Assembly (NCBI RefSeq): GCF_009914755.1
Contig: NC_060947.1
Length of the DNA: 64,000 nucleotides
Source: the human T2T-CHM13v2.0 reference genome, Homo sapiens
Reading direction: 5' to 3' (one strand)
Shown: piece after piece, positions 49,872 through 62,965 of the stretch
How positions within the stretch are numbered: position 1 is the stretch's first letter
Layout: each line of letters begins with the position of its first letter
Notes under the pieces: model-generated
Told to the model about the DNA's origin: nothing
Seen by the model: the letters and a program-made list of their open reading frames with translations, nothing else
Databases searched by the model: none
Position numbers and translations under genes: made by a program

Positions 49872-50753
49872 TAATATAGTTTGGGGGCTTGTCCCCTCCA
49901 ATTCTTGGGTTGAAATATAATCCCCAGTGTTGGAAGTGAGCCTGGTGGGTGGTGTTTGGGTCATGGGGGCGTATCCCTCATGAATGGCTTGGTGCCCTCC
50001 CTATGGTAATGAATGGATTCTCCCTTGGTAGTTCACACCATAGCTGGTTGTTAAGAAGAGCGGAACCTCCACTGTCTGTCTTGCTGCTTCTCTCACTAGG
50101 TGATGCATCTGCTCCCCCTTCACCTTCAACCATGATTGTAAGTGTCAGGCCTCTGAGCCCAAGCCAAGCCATCGCATCCCCTGTGACTTGCACGTATACA
50201 TCCAGATGGCCTAAAGTAACTGAAGATCCACAAAAGAAGTAAAAACAGCCTTAACTGATGACATTCCACCATTGTGATTTGTTCCTGCCCCACCCTAACT
50301 GATCAATGTACCTCGTAATCTCCCCCACCCTTAAGAAGGTGCTTTGTAATCTCCCCCACCCTTAAGAAGGTTCTTTGTAATTCTTCCCACCCTTGAGAAT
50401 GTACTTTGTCAGATCCACCCTGCCCGCAAAACATTGCTCTTAACTTCACCGCCTAACCCAAAACCTGTAAGAACTAATGATAATCCATCTCCCTTCGCTG
50501 ACTCTCTTTTCGGACTCAGCCCACCTGCACCCAGGTGAAATAAACAGCTTTATTGCTCACACAAAGCCTGTTTGGTGGTCTCTTCACACAGACGCGCATG
50601 AAAGTAAGCTTCCTGAGGCTCTCACCAGAAGCCAAACAGATGTGGATGCCATGCTTGTACAGCCTGCAGAACCGTGAGCCAATAAACCTTTTTTCTTTAT
50701 AAATTGCCCATACTCCAGGCATTCCTTTCTAGCAATGCGAATGGGCTAACACA
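49872..50753 (+). mobile_element. MST (MSTB-like) MaLR solo LTR interrupted by LTR7B
   Basis: MST sequence on both sides of the LTR7; 5-bp TSD GATAT at 49867-49871 and 50754-50758. Confidence 0.85.
50143..50603 (+). mobile_element. HERV-H solo LTR (LTR7B-like)
   Basis: TGTCAGGCCTCTGAGCCCAAGC...GACGCGCATGAAA; type-II ~30-bp repeats; perfect 5-bp TSD GTAAG at 50138-50142 and 50604-50608. Confidence 0.92.
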
Positions 50754-51019
50754 GATATGTTCAATGTTTATTTCTCCTTGGTATTGTGTAGTTCAATGTC
50801 CTATGCAGAAATTACAATAACACAGTGTGTTAATGTGGCATTTCCTGCAATCCTTACACAATAATCTGTGATGCATTGCCTCAGGTGTTTTATGTCTGAT
50901 TTTCACCAAATAAACCTATTCCTTTAATATACCTGAGCAAAGGTAATCAAGGTGGTTCAATCTGCTATATATAGTAATATTATATGTATATACCATATAA
51001 AATATTTTTTTCAAATTGA

Positions 51020-51362
51020 TACTTTCTGAAAAACTAGAAAAGACCAAGATACTGCCACAGATCAGAAGAGACTAAGGAGCTAAGGACAACCAATATGCAG
51101 CAGAGAACCCTGGACTGGACTGCAAAACAGGAAAAGAACTTTTTAAAAAAAATGGTGAAATCCAAATAAAGTCTGGGATTTTGTTCAAAGTAAGGTACCA
51201 ATGTTGGTTTCTTAATTTTTGATAAATATGCTACTGTGATGTAAGATGATGGCATTAAGAGAAACTGAAACTGGATAAGGAGTATAAGACAGTTCTCTGT
51301 ACCCTTTGCTACTTTTCTGTGAATCTGAAATTATTCCAAAATAAAAAGTTTATTTTTAAAGA
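51020..51362 (+). mobile_element. L1M 3'-end fragment
   Basis: ...CTACTTTTCTGTGAATCTGAAATTATTCCAAAATAAAAAG terminus. Confidence 0.7.
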
Positions 51363-52670
51363 AACGATGTTGCTAGATGTTCTGAACACCTTGTATTGTA
51401 ATGCTGTGTTTATCTTCCTCACTAGACTGTGAATACCACCAGAGCATGGACCATTCAGTACTACCCCTGGGCCCATCAGTAGTTAGTTATTGTGGATAAC
51501 CTTAAGATGATGAAGACAAGCCAACAAGACATTGAGAGGTTCTGAAAAAGCACCACCTTGGTGTCTTCCCTACTTTACATTACAAACCATTCAATTTAAT
51601 AAAACCAAATGTGTTGCTAGTAAACATTTGTATTTTCTGTATCTTCCATCCAGGCAGATTCAGAGAAAAAAATATATTTAGGAAACCTGCCCTAAAAAGC
51701 CGACAACCACCTCTTTTCTCCACCTGTTGGCCTTCTCTATTCATTTAAAAAAATACTCTTTCTCCTTGTCCCAAAGTTTTTCTCACAGCAGTTTTGGAGA
51801 AGTGGAATGAACAGTAGGCTTGGAGTTGGGAACTGGGTTCTCATCTGGACTCTCACTTTCTGGCTGTGTAACCTTGGGTAAGTTACCTAATCTCTCTAAG
51901 CCTGTTTTTCCACCTTCCTAACAGGACTAAATGAGAATGCACTAAGTCTAAGATACTAGGCTGCTTTCTGCGCTTTGTGAGTGTGTGATTTTTTTTTTTT
52001 CTGGCAATCTTGCTCTTTCTCAAGGGTTCCTGGGTGAATGGCACCGCTCCCTACCCACTTACCCAAACCAGAACCTGAGTCATTTGTGACACCTTCGTCT
52101 CTTTAACACTGCCTTCCTACATGTCAAAATTGTCATTAAGTCCTATAGATTCTATTTCCTAAATATTTATCTGAGTCACCTTCCCATCTTGATCCCCATG
52201 GTCACTGGCTGAGTTTCTCCACAGACAATTGTTAACAGCCTCTAAACTAGTCTCTTTGCCTTCAGATTTGTTCCTTATTTTTCATACCACTGCCTAATTG
52301 ATCTTTTAAATCCAAATCTGGCTCGGTTACTCCCTAACATAAAATTTTCCTGTGGATTCTCATAGCCTTTAGGGTAAATCCAAAATGTCTAGTGTGACAT
52401 TGTGATCCAGGCTGCGAGTATCCATCTGTTGCTTTCCTTTCCAGTCCCTGCTATATTCTTATGCTTTAGCTGTTTTCAATTATTTGCAGTTGCCGGAAAT
52501 CACTGTGCATTCTCTCACAATTATGCTACCCCTTCTGTCTGAAAGATCTCCCTTCACCCATTTTTTACAATTTGCTAAGCTAGTGGTCAGTTCCCGTTTC
52601 TCATTTTATTTGACCTATTGGCAGCGTTTGACTCACTTAATTGCTCCCTCTTTGATTTTTCTTCACTCTG

Positions 52671-53642
52671 TGTGGGGAAAAGAAAGAGAGATCAGATTGT
52701 TACTGTGTCTGTGTAGAAAGAACTAGACATAAGAGACTCCATTTTGTTCTGTACTAAGAAAAATTCTTCTGCCTTGAGATGCTGTTAATCTGTCACCCTA
52801 CCCCCAACCCTGTGCTCCCTGAAACATGTGCTGTGTCAACTCAGGGTTAAATGATTAAGGGCTGTGCAGGATGTGCTTTGTTAAACAGATGCTTGAAGGC
52901 AGCATGCTCTTTAAGAGTCATCACCACTCCCTAATCTCAAGTACCCAGAGACACAAAACACTGCGGAAGGCCGCAGGGACCTCTGCCTAGGAAAGCCAGG
53001 TATTGTCCAAGGTTTCTCCCCATGTGATAGTCTGAAATATGGCCTCGTGGGAAGGGAAAGACCTGACTGTCCCCCAGCCCGACACCCGTAAAGGGTCTGT
53101 GCTGAGGAGGATTAGTAAAAGAGGAAGGAATGCCTCTTTGCAGTTGAGATAAGAGGAAGGCATCTGTCTCCTGCTCGTCCCTGGGCAATGGAATGTCTCA
53201 GTGTAAAGCCCGATTGTATATTCCATCTACTGAGATGGGGAAAACTGCCTTAGGGCTGGAGGTGGGACATACTGGTAGCAATACTGCTCTTTAAGGCATT
53301 GAGATGTTTATGTATATGCACATCAAAAGCACAGCACTTTTTTCTTTACCTTGTTTATGATGCAGAGACATTTGTTCATGTGTTTACCTGCTGACCTTCT
53401 CTCCACTATTATCCTATTGTCCTGCCACATCCCTCTCTCCGGGAAATGCCCGATAATGATCAATAAATACTAAGGGAACTCAGAGGCTGGTGCCAGCGCG
53501 GGTCCTCCGTATGCTGAACGCCGGTACCCTGGGCCCATTTTTCTTTCTCTATACTTTGTCTCTGTGTCTCTTTCTTTTCCAAGTCCCTCGTTCCACCTAA
53601 CGAGAAATGCCCACAGGTGTGGAGGGGCAACCCATCCCTTCA
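52671..53642 (+). mobile_element. HERV-K(HML-2) solo LTR (LTR5; older LTR5B-like variant)
   Basis: 972 bp TGTGGGGAAAAGAAAGAGAGATCAG...GGGGCAACCCATCCCTTCA; AATAAA at 53462; 6-bp flanks ACTCTG/AGTCAG (4 of 6 match). Confidence 0.93.
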
Positions 53643-53960
53643 AGTCAGCTTTCAGAATACCAAACATTCCTAGTTTTCCTTCTATTCCACATCAGTTGCT
53701 CTTTCTTATTCTGCTGATCCCTTCCCTCCTTCCCAATCTACTGATACTGAAATGCCCCAGGGCTTACTCCTTGAATCGCCTTTTACTACTCTAACTAGAA
53801 CAATCATTTGCTTGGTGCTCTCATTCAGTCTCAGGCTTTAGATACCATCCATACGACAATGACTCCCAAATGCATTACTCCAGAACAGACGTATCCCTTG
53901 AACTCCAGGTTTATATATTCAACTTCCTACTCATCTTTTCTTGAATGTCAAATAGACATC

Positions 53961-54001
53961 TCAAAGTGCTGGGATTACAGGCGTGAGCTACCAGGCCCGA
54001 C
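53961..54001 (-). mobile_element. About 40-bp Alu 5'-end remnant
   Basis: CAAAGTGCTGGGATTACAGGCGTGAGCTACCAGGCCCGAC between GACATCTCAAA direct repeats. Confidence 0.85.
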
Positions 54002-54489
54002 ATCTCAAATTTAGTGTGGTCAAAATTAAATTCCTGATCTATCCCCTCCAAAACGACTCTGTCCACAGTGTTCCCATCTAAGTTGATGGAAACTCTATTC
54101 TTCCAGTAATTAAAGCCAAAATCCTTGGAGTCATTCTTAACTCCTCTCTTTCTTTCCCACGCATTTGCAAACTCTTAGGGAGTCCGACTGGTTCTAACCT
54201 CAAAATATATCCAGAAGGCTACCATTTTTCATGACCTCTGCTGATATCACCTTGGTTTGAACCAATGTCATCTCTCACTTACATTACTGCAAAAGCCTCT
54301 TAAGTGGTTTTCCTGATTCTGTGCTTGTTTCTTTCCCCAAAGCCTGTCTTCAACACAGCAGTCGGAGCGATAAGATATGACATCATATTATATTAAAACA
54401 TTAGCTAATACAGCATTTCTTTTATCAAAATCCTGCATGACCCCTCACCCATAGACAGAGTAAAGCACACAATTATTATATATCTTTAA

Positions 54490-56270
54490 ATTTTTTTTTC
54501 TTTCCAACTTTTATTTTAGGTTCAAGGGGTATATATGCACGTTTGTTACATGGATATATTGCATAATGCTGAGGTTTGGGTTTCTCTTGAACCCATCACT
54601 CATATTGTGAACATATTGCACAATTGGTAGTTTTTCAACCCTTGCCCCACTTCCTCCCTACCCCCTTTTTGGAGTCCCCACTGTCTATTGTTTTCATCTT
54701 TGTGTACATGTCTACCCATTGTTTAGCTCCCACTTATAAATGAGAACATGCAGTATTTGATTTTCTGTTGTTGCGTTAATTCACTTAGGATAATGGCCTT
54801 CGGAGGCATTCATGTTGCTGCAAAGGACATAATCTCATTACTTTTATGGCCGCATAGTATTCCGTGATGTATATGTATCACATTTTCTTTATCTAATCCA
54901 CCATTGATAGGCACCTAGTTTGATTCCATGACTTTGCTATTGTCAATAGTGCTGCGATGAGCATACAAGTGTAGGTGTCTTTTCATGTAATGATTTCTTC
55001 TTTTGCTTTGGGTAGATGTCCAGGAATGGGATTGCTGGGTCTAATGGTAGTTCTACTCTTAGTTCTTTGAGGAATCTCCAAACTGCTTTTCACAGTGGCT
55101 GAACTAACTTAAATTCCCACCAATGATCTATGAGCATTTCCTTTTCTCCTCAGCCTTGCCAGCATCTGTTATTTTTAGTCTTTTTAATAAGAGCCATTCT
55201 GACTTATGCGAGATGTCATCTCATTGTGGTTTTGGTTTGCATTTCTCTGATGATTAGTGATGCTGAGCATTTTTTTCATATTTTTTTTGGCCACTTGTTT
55301 GCTTTTTTGAAAAGTGTCTGTTCATGTCCTTTGCCCACATTGTAATGGGACTGTTTTTTTCTCACTGCTTTGTTTAAGTTCCTTATGGATTCTGGATATT
55401 AGTCCTTTGTCAGATGCACAGATTGCAAATATTTTCTTCCATTCTGTAGGTTTTCTGTTTATTCTGTTGATGGTTTTGCTACGCAGAGGCTCTTTGACTT
55501 AATTAGGTTCCACTTGTCAATTTTTGTTTTTGTTGCATTTGCTTCTGAGGTCTTAGTCATGAGTTCTTTACCCAGACCAATGTCCAGAAGAATTTTCCTA
55601 GGTTTTCTTCTAATATTTTTATAGTTTGAGGTCTTACATTTAAATGTTAAATCCGTCTAGACTTAATTTTTGTATATAGTGAGAGGTAGGGGTCCAGGTT
55701 CATTCTTCTGCATGTAGCTAGCTAGCTATCCCAGCACCACTATTTGAATAGGGTGTCCTTTCCCCATGGTTTATTTTTGTCAACTTTGTCAAAGATCAGT
55801 TGGGTGTAGGTGTGTGGCTTTGTTTTGGGGTTCTGTATTCTGTTCCATTGTTCTATGTGTCCATTTTTGCACCAATACCATGCTGCTTTGGTTACTGTAG
55901 CCTTGTAGGATAGTTTCAAGTCTGGTAATGTGATGCCTCCAGCTTTATTCTTTCAGAATCGGTTTGGCTATTCTGGCTCTTTCTCTGGTTCCATATACAT
56001 TGTAGAATAGGTTTTTTTCTAATTCTGTGGAGAATGACATTGGTAACTTGATAGGAATTGTGTTGAATCTATAGATTGCTTTGGGTGGTGTGGCCGTTTT
56101 AATGATATTGATTCCTCCAAACAGTTTTTCCATTTGTTTGCATTGTCTGTGATTTCTTTTATCCGTGTTTTTTAGTTCTCTTTGTACAGACCTCTCACCT
56201 CCTTCATTAGATGTATTTCTAGGTGTTTGGTTTTTCATGGCTGTTGTAAATGAAATTGCCTTCTTCATCA
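54490..56270 (-). mobile_element. 5'-truncated L1PB element
   Basis: L1PB-type 3' UTR next to poly(T); ORF2 remnant [33 protein letters not shown] (ORF 55945..56274). Confidence 0.85.
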
Positions 56271-58234
56271 GCATACTTTTCCTCTTAGCTCTGTAACCTC
56301 ACCTCCTGTTCTATCCCTCATTCACTCGGCTCCAGCGTTAATGACCTTGCTGTTTCTCCAACATGTCAACCGCATGTCTGCTTTAGGGCCTTTCTTTAAT
56401 TCTTTGCCCTTCCTGGAGCACTATTCCCCAGATATTCATTTGGCTAGTTTCCTCACCTACTTCCAGTCTCTACTCAACTTCCACCATCTCAAGGAGGTCA
56501 ACCATGATCACCGTATTTAATACCGCAGCCTGACTACCTTTTCCCAAGTATTCTCTATCTCTACTAAACTTTTTCTTTTTTCTTTCATAGCACCTATCAC
56601 CTTACAACATACAATATATATTTTACTTATGTAAGTTATTTTTTACTGTGTATCTCCCTCTGCTAAAATATAATCCTCAACCAACAAGAGCAGGGATCTT
56701 GGTCTGTTGCGTTCAGTGATATGTCACAAGCGCCTAGAAAAAGTACCTGGTACATGGTAGGGATTTAGGAAGTACTTGTTGACTTTAAATGTCTAGCTTG
56801 GTGTGATCCTTCCAGATGTTTTTCTATGAATTTATATATGTATACGCAAACCTAGAAAAAATAATAATAGCAATGGGGTGAGTTTTTATATCTCATACAT
56901 GAACTTCAAGACAACTCAGGTGTTGCCTCCTACCAACCTGCTCCTAAAATTCCTCTCACTCACAACACCTAGTGCACTGTATTGTAGTTGTCTAATTACT
57001 TCTCTGTCTCCCTTACTAGACTGTGGGCTCCTTGAGGGCAGGAACCATGGTTTTTCCATCTCTATATCTCCAGGAATGGCTCATAGTGGCATATCATACA
57101 CGTTGAATGGATACATTTATGAATAAATGACTCCTTGCCTGGAAGAAGGGTAATTCCACTTCCTTGATATTGTGGTCCTCTATTTTAGAGCTGTGTCTTA
57201 CTCTAAGCAAGCTCAATATATAAGATATATTAAAACTCAGCTTTACTCAAAAGATGTAATTGTTTGCTTTGAAACTGTAAAGTAGTTAATTTACAAAATT
57301 CTTCACGGGAGGATTCTTTTTTTCTAAATAGCAATGGCCTTTAGTGCAGAAGAACAGAAGGTTGCCATAATAAGACCAAACCATCCTCCCTTCATCCCAA
57401 GATTGGTGCTTGGCAGAGGCATGAATGTTAGCATGTCTGAAGGTAAGTTTGTCTGCCTGATGTCATCCTCAAAATGCTAGAAATGCAGGCAACCCCTACC
57501 TCAACATCCCAGTTTCTGGTAATAACATGTTATGAAGAAGGGGAAGGTAACTAAAATTTACTTAGATTCTATTATGTACTAGATATGTTCCACATGTTAG
57601 TCTTATTTAATCCTGAAAAATAACTCTTGGAGGAAGACAATGCTGTTGCTATCTTATCAATGAGGTTGCTAAGCTCAGAGTGGTACATTGCCTATGATCA
57701 CACAGAACCAAATAAAGGCAAACTATAGACTTAATATTAAGTGTGTTTGTCCCAGTCAATTCCTATATTTCAGACTCACTATTCAAACAGTGTTGTCAAG
57801 CTTGAGGTATGACCTAAAGCAGCACAGTGTTGAGAGTCCTGTTCTAGACATAGATTGGTCAGTAAGATAGGAACATAAATGTAGGCCGAAGATTTTCACC
57901 GGGATGGGTGGATTGGAAGGAAGTTATTGGTGAGAAATATTCAGTATGCTGGCAGAGTGGGAAAGAAAGGTTGTGAGGGTAAAGTTGTAACCCAAGAAGC
58001 AGAGGTGGGAGACAGGAAATGTAGCAGCCGCCTCAGAGGCAGCTGTCATGATGGTACTTAAAGAAGATTGCTGCCAAGTGTTATTTATGAATTGTGGCTT
58101 AGGGTTTCCCAGTGCCGTCCTGGGTTTTGTGATGTTCTAAAAGACAGCAGTAAGGGAGGTGCGGGGCATGGATTGTTCCTCCTGTAGTCCTGGATTTTTT
58201 TTTCTGTTTCCCTTTTGGAAGATTTTTAATTTCT

Positions 58235-58364
58235 AAAAAATTTTGTAGAGACAGCGTTTTGCTATGTTGTCCAGGCTGGTCTCAAACCCCTGGCCTCAAG
58301 TGATCCTCCCGCCTCAGCATCCCAAGTACATGGGATTACAGGCATGAACTACTGCATCAGGCCT
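58235..58364 (-). mobile_element. Alu monomer (FLAM/AluJ left arm)
   Basis: About 130-bp single arm ending CACTGCATCAGGCC. Confidence 0.8.
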
Positions 58365-61300
58365 TGGAAAATGTTATTGTAGTAAAATATATGTAGCATA
58401 GAATTTGCAATCTTAACCCTTTTTAAGTGTACAATTCAGTGGCATTAATTACATTGGCAACATTGTGACACCATCACCACTACTTCCAAACGTTAAATGG
58501 AAACTCTGTACCCATTGGTCAATAACCCTCCATTCCCTCCTCCCTTTAGCCCCTGATAACCTCTAATCTACTTGATGTCTCTATGAATTTTCCTATTCTA
58601 GGTATTTCATATAAGTGGAACCATACAATATTTTTCCTTTTGTGTCTGGCTTATTTCACTTAGTAAGTTTTTCAGGTTCATCCATGTTGTAGCACATATC
58701 AGAACTTCATTTCTTTCCACAGCTGAATAATATTCCATTGCATACACATGCTGTATTTCATTTGTCCATTAAACTGCTGATGGACCCTTTGGTTGTTTCC
58801 AACTCTTGGCTATAGTGCATACTGTTGCAATGAACATTAGCATGAAACTGACTGTCTCAGATTCTATTTTCAATTATTTTGGGTATATTTCCCTAGGAGT
58901 GGAATTGCTAGGTCATAAGGCATCCTATGTTTAACTCTTAAAATTTATTTCTAATTGATATAATAGCCATGTATGTTTATGTGGTACAATATAACGTTTT
59001 GATCTTTGTATACATTATGAAAAGAGCTCTTTGAGGGACCGCAAGCTTTTCCACAGAGGTGCACCATTTTACATTCCCATCTGCAATGTGCAAGAATTTC
59101 AACTTCTTTACATCCTTACCAATGCTTCTTATTTGCTTCAAGAAAAGTTTTTTTTTTAATTATAGATGTGTATGTAAAGTGTTAATGGTGGTATCTCATT
59201 GTAGTTTCCATTTGCATTTCTCTGATGACTAATGATATTGAGCATCATCTCATGGGCTTAGTGGGAGAAATGTCTCTTAAGTCATTTGCTCATTTAAAAA
59301 ATTAATTAGGTTGCTTTTCTTTTTTGTGTTGAGCTATAGGAATTCTTTACATATTCTGAATAGTAAACCATTGTCAGATACGTAATTTGCAACTATTTTC
59401 TATCATTCTATAGAATGTTTTCTTTTTTTACTTTATACTGTTCTTTATGCATGAGCATTTTCAATTTTGATGAAATCTAATTGATCTATCATTTTTCTTT
59501 TGTTGCTCATGATTTTGGTGTCATATCTAAGAATCCATTGCCTAATCCAAGGGTATAAAAGTTTACCGCTGTGTTTTCTTTAAAGAGTTTTTTGTTATTA
59601 GCATTTGTATTTAAGTCATTGACTGATTTTGGGTAATTTTTTTGTATACAGGATGAAGTAGAGGCCCAAATTCATTCTTTTCAATGTAATTCTGGCTTCG
59701 TAGAATGATTCAAGAAGTATGTGATCCTGTTTACATACTTCTATATAATTCCATATGGTTTCATATAGGGATTCATTAGTGAAACCATCTATGATTGAGG
59801 TTTTCTTTCTTTCTTAAGAAAGTGTTTAATTGCCAATTAAATTTCTTTACTAGATAAAGGGTTATTCAGATGATCTCCTTCTGGGATGAGCCTTGGTAGT
59901 TTGTGACTTTTAAGGAATTGCCCCATTTCATCTCAGTTATTGAATCCGTTGACATAAAATTGTTCAAATTTCTCCATTTTAATAAACATAGGATCTATAG
60001 GGATGCCATCTCTCTTTTTTCCTAGTATTGGTAGTTTGTCTCTTCAGTCTTTTTTTTTTTTTTTTCTTGATCCATCTGGCTAGAGGTTTATAAACTTTAT
60101 CGCTCTTCTGAAAGAACCAGATTTGGGGTTCATTGATTTTCTTTATTGTTTTTCTGCTTTGTATTACGTTGACTTCTTTGTTTTTATTTTATCAGGGAAA
60201 GTGCGAACTCAGTCCCCCATGTACACAAATTATGCAGTCGAGTCTCCCCTGTTTGTGGAAATATCGGGTGTCAGCACACTCAGGGTGCAATAGATGAGCC
60301 TCAATCTAGGAAAACCACCTTTGTGCTCATGGTATCTCCCCTGACAGGTGAGGATGTATTATTTCTACTCTGACACTTACCATTACCTTTGTTCTGTTTA
60401 ATTTAATTTGTTTTCCTTTTTCTCATTTATTAACATGTTTTCTGAGCTCATTGACTTGAGACCTTTCTTCATAGAGGTGTTTTTACTGCTACGAAATTTC
60501 CCGAGTCATTTTTTTTTTTAACCAGCCTCTCACAAATTTTGATATGTTGTGTTTTCCTTTTCAGTCAGTTCAAAACACTTTCTAATTTTCATTATGATTT
60601 CTTATTTGATTCATAGGGTAATTGAAAGCACATTATTTGGTTCCCAAATATTTGTAGATTTTCTGAATAACGCTCTCGTTAATTTCTAACTTAATTTTAT
60701 TGTATGTGGTTGAAGAACACACTTTGTGTTACTGGAATTGTCTAAAATGTACTGAGACTTGTTTTATGGCACGGAATACAGTCTCTCTTGGTAAATGTTC
60801 CACATACACTTGAAAATAATGCATAGTCTTCTGTTGTGGGGTGGAGGGTTCTACATGTGACAATTAGGTCAAGTTGGTAATAGTGATGCTCGAGTCTTCT
60901 ATATTGTCATTGACTTTCTGTCTGCTTGTTTCACCAGCAATATATTGAGGGGCATTGAAATCTTTGTCGAGAATTGTTGATGCAGCTATTTCTCTGTGTA
61001 GGTCTATTCATTTTTGCTTCATGCATCTTGAAGCTCTGTTTTTAGGTGCACAAACACAGAATTGTTATCTACTCATCATAAATTCACTGAGTTGTCATTA
61101 TGACATGGTCTTCTTTATCAATGGTAATATTCTTTGTTCTGAAGTCTACTGTGTCTGATATCAATGTAACAACTACGTCTTTATTGTGATTAGTCTTAGC
61201 TTGGTATACTGCCCCCACCTTTATGTTTACGCTATGTTGTGTCTTTATATTTAAAGTGGGTTTATTATAGGCAATATAGAGTTGAGTCTTGCTTTCTTAT

Positions 61301-62640
61301 CCAGTCTGGTGGTTTTTGTCTCTTAATTGGCATGTTGGGACCATTTATATTCAATGTAATTATTGATATGGTTAGGTTTAAATTTACCATCTTGTGTTAT
61401 GTTTTCTATTGGCTTCATGAATTTGCTCCCCTTTCCTTCTTTTTGGCCTTCATTTTTGAAAGACATTTTCACTGGGCATAGCATTCTAGGTTAGCAGTAT
61501 TTTTCATTTAGTACTTCAAAAATGTTGCTCCAGTGTCTTCTCACTTGCATTTTTTTCTGATGAGAAATCTGCTGTCATCCTCATTTCAGTCCCTTTGTAT
61601 GCAACGTGTGGCCTCTCCATCTTTCCTGACTGCTCTTCAGGTTTTTTTCTTCCTCTCTGGTTTTGTAAAATGTTATTGTGATGTGCCTTAGTGTAGCTTT
61701 CTCTACGTTTCTTGTGCCTGGTGTGTGTTCAGCTTCTTGGATGTGTGGGCTAAAAGTTTTTATCAATTATGGGTAGATTTCAGCAGCTATTTATTCAAAT
61801 ATATTTTTTCTGTCCCTCCCTCCTTTATTTTCTCTCTTTCAGGGCCAACAATTGCACATATATTTGGCTGTGTGACATTGTCCTATAGTTCTCTGTTGCT
61901 CTGTTCATTTTTCTTACATTTTTTTCTTTGTACAGCTTATATTCCCATGTCTTTAAGTTCACTAATCTTTTTTCCTGCAATGTCTCATACACTGTTAATC
62001 CCATCCAGTGCATTTTCCATCATAGATATAGTAGTGCCCATCTCCAGAAGTTTGATTTGCATTTTTTCTGTATCTTCCATGTCTTGACTTGACTTTGAGC
62101 ATATGAACTACAGTTATTATAACTTTTAATATTCTTCTCTTCTAATTTAAGCATCTTTGTCAATTCTGGGTCATTTTCAGTTGACTGATTTTTCTCCTTG
62201 TTATTGTCATGTTTTCTTGGTTCTTCATTTGTTTGCTAGGTTTTAACTGGATGCCAAGACATGATGAGTTTTAGCTTGTTGAGTGCCGAATATTTTTGTA
62301 ATCTCATAATTTTTCCTGAGCTTTGTTCTGGGATGCAGTTAAGTCGCTTGTAGTTTCATACTTTGGGGTCTTGCTTTTAAGCTTTGTTAGATGATACCAA
62401 AGCTGTGTTTAGTCTAGGACCCATTACTCTCCACTAGTTAGGTAAATCTCTTTTCAGCACTTTGTATATTGCTCAGAGAATTGAGAGACTTTCCAGTCTG
62501 ATAGTTGAGAATAGGCATTATTGCTAGTCTTGTGAAAGTACCAGGTACTGTTCCCTCTAATTCTTTTGCATGGCTCTTTCTTATCCGGGGCAGTTTTCTT
62601 ACATGCTTATGTTGATCAGTACTATGAGAGGCTTTAAGTA
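58365..62640 (-). mobile_element. Decayed L1MB/L1M element(s) spanning 3' UTR, ORF2 pieces and ORF1 remnant
   Basis: L1MB 3' end at about 58370; ORF1-like PHIQEAEHTP...LRHITI (ORF 61581..61766); internal deletions. Confidence 0.75.
60193..60355 (-). pseudogene. Full-length U1 snRNA retropseudogene
   Basis: Reverse complement ATCCTCACCTGTCAGGGGAGATACCATGAGCACAAAGGTGGTTTTCC...CGACTGCATAATTTGTG...TTCGCACTTTCCCTG is colinear with U1; T-rich tail at about 60175-60192; inserted in L1. Confidence 0.92.
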
Positions 62641-62844
62641 GCAATGAATCAGGTGTCTATTTCTCGAGATCATCATCATATTAGCTAACTTTTATTAAAC
62701 ACTTTTTATACAGAACATAATCTGTAGTTAGACTGGGGTTAATCCCTTCTGTTCCTTCTGTTGTCGGACGAGCTGTTGATGAGCAGGCCTGTGCTAAGCA
62801 TGCTAGTTTATTTAATATATTAATCCAATGAAGAGAGTGCTGTT

Positions 62845-62965
62845 ATTATTATTCTCATTTACAGATAAGGAAACTGAGGTACAGAGAGTTTAAGTAACTT
62901 GCTCAAGGACACACGCAGATAGTAAGTGGTAAACTGAAATTTGAACCTAGATGGTTTGACTTCAG
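62845..62965 (-). mobile_element. MIR fragment
   Basis: MIR core ACAGATAAGGAAACTGAGGTACAGAGAGTTTAAGTAACTTGCTCAAGG. Confidence 0.75.

Larger units (their letters stand above)
52560..54470 (+). mobile_element. L2 fossil hosting the LTR5 and the Alu remnant (further L2 pieces at about 56280-56790)
   Basis: L2 phrases such as GCCAAAATCCTTGGAGTCATTCTTAACTCCTCTCTTTC and TCAAAATATATCCAGAA. Confidence 0.7.
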
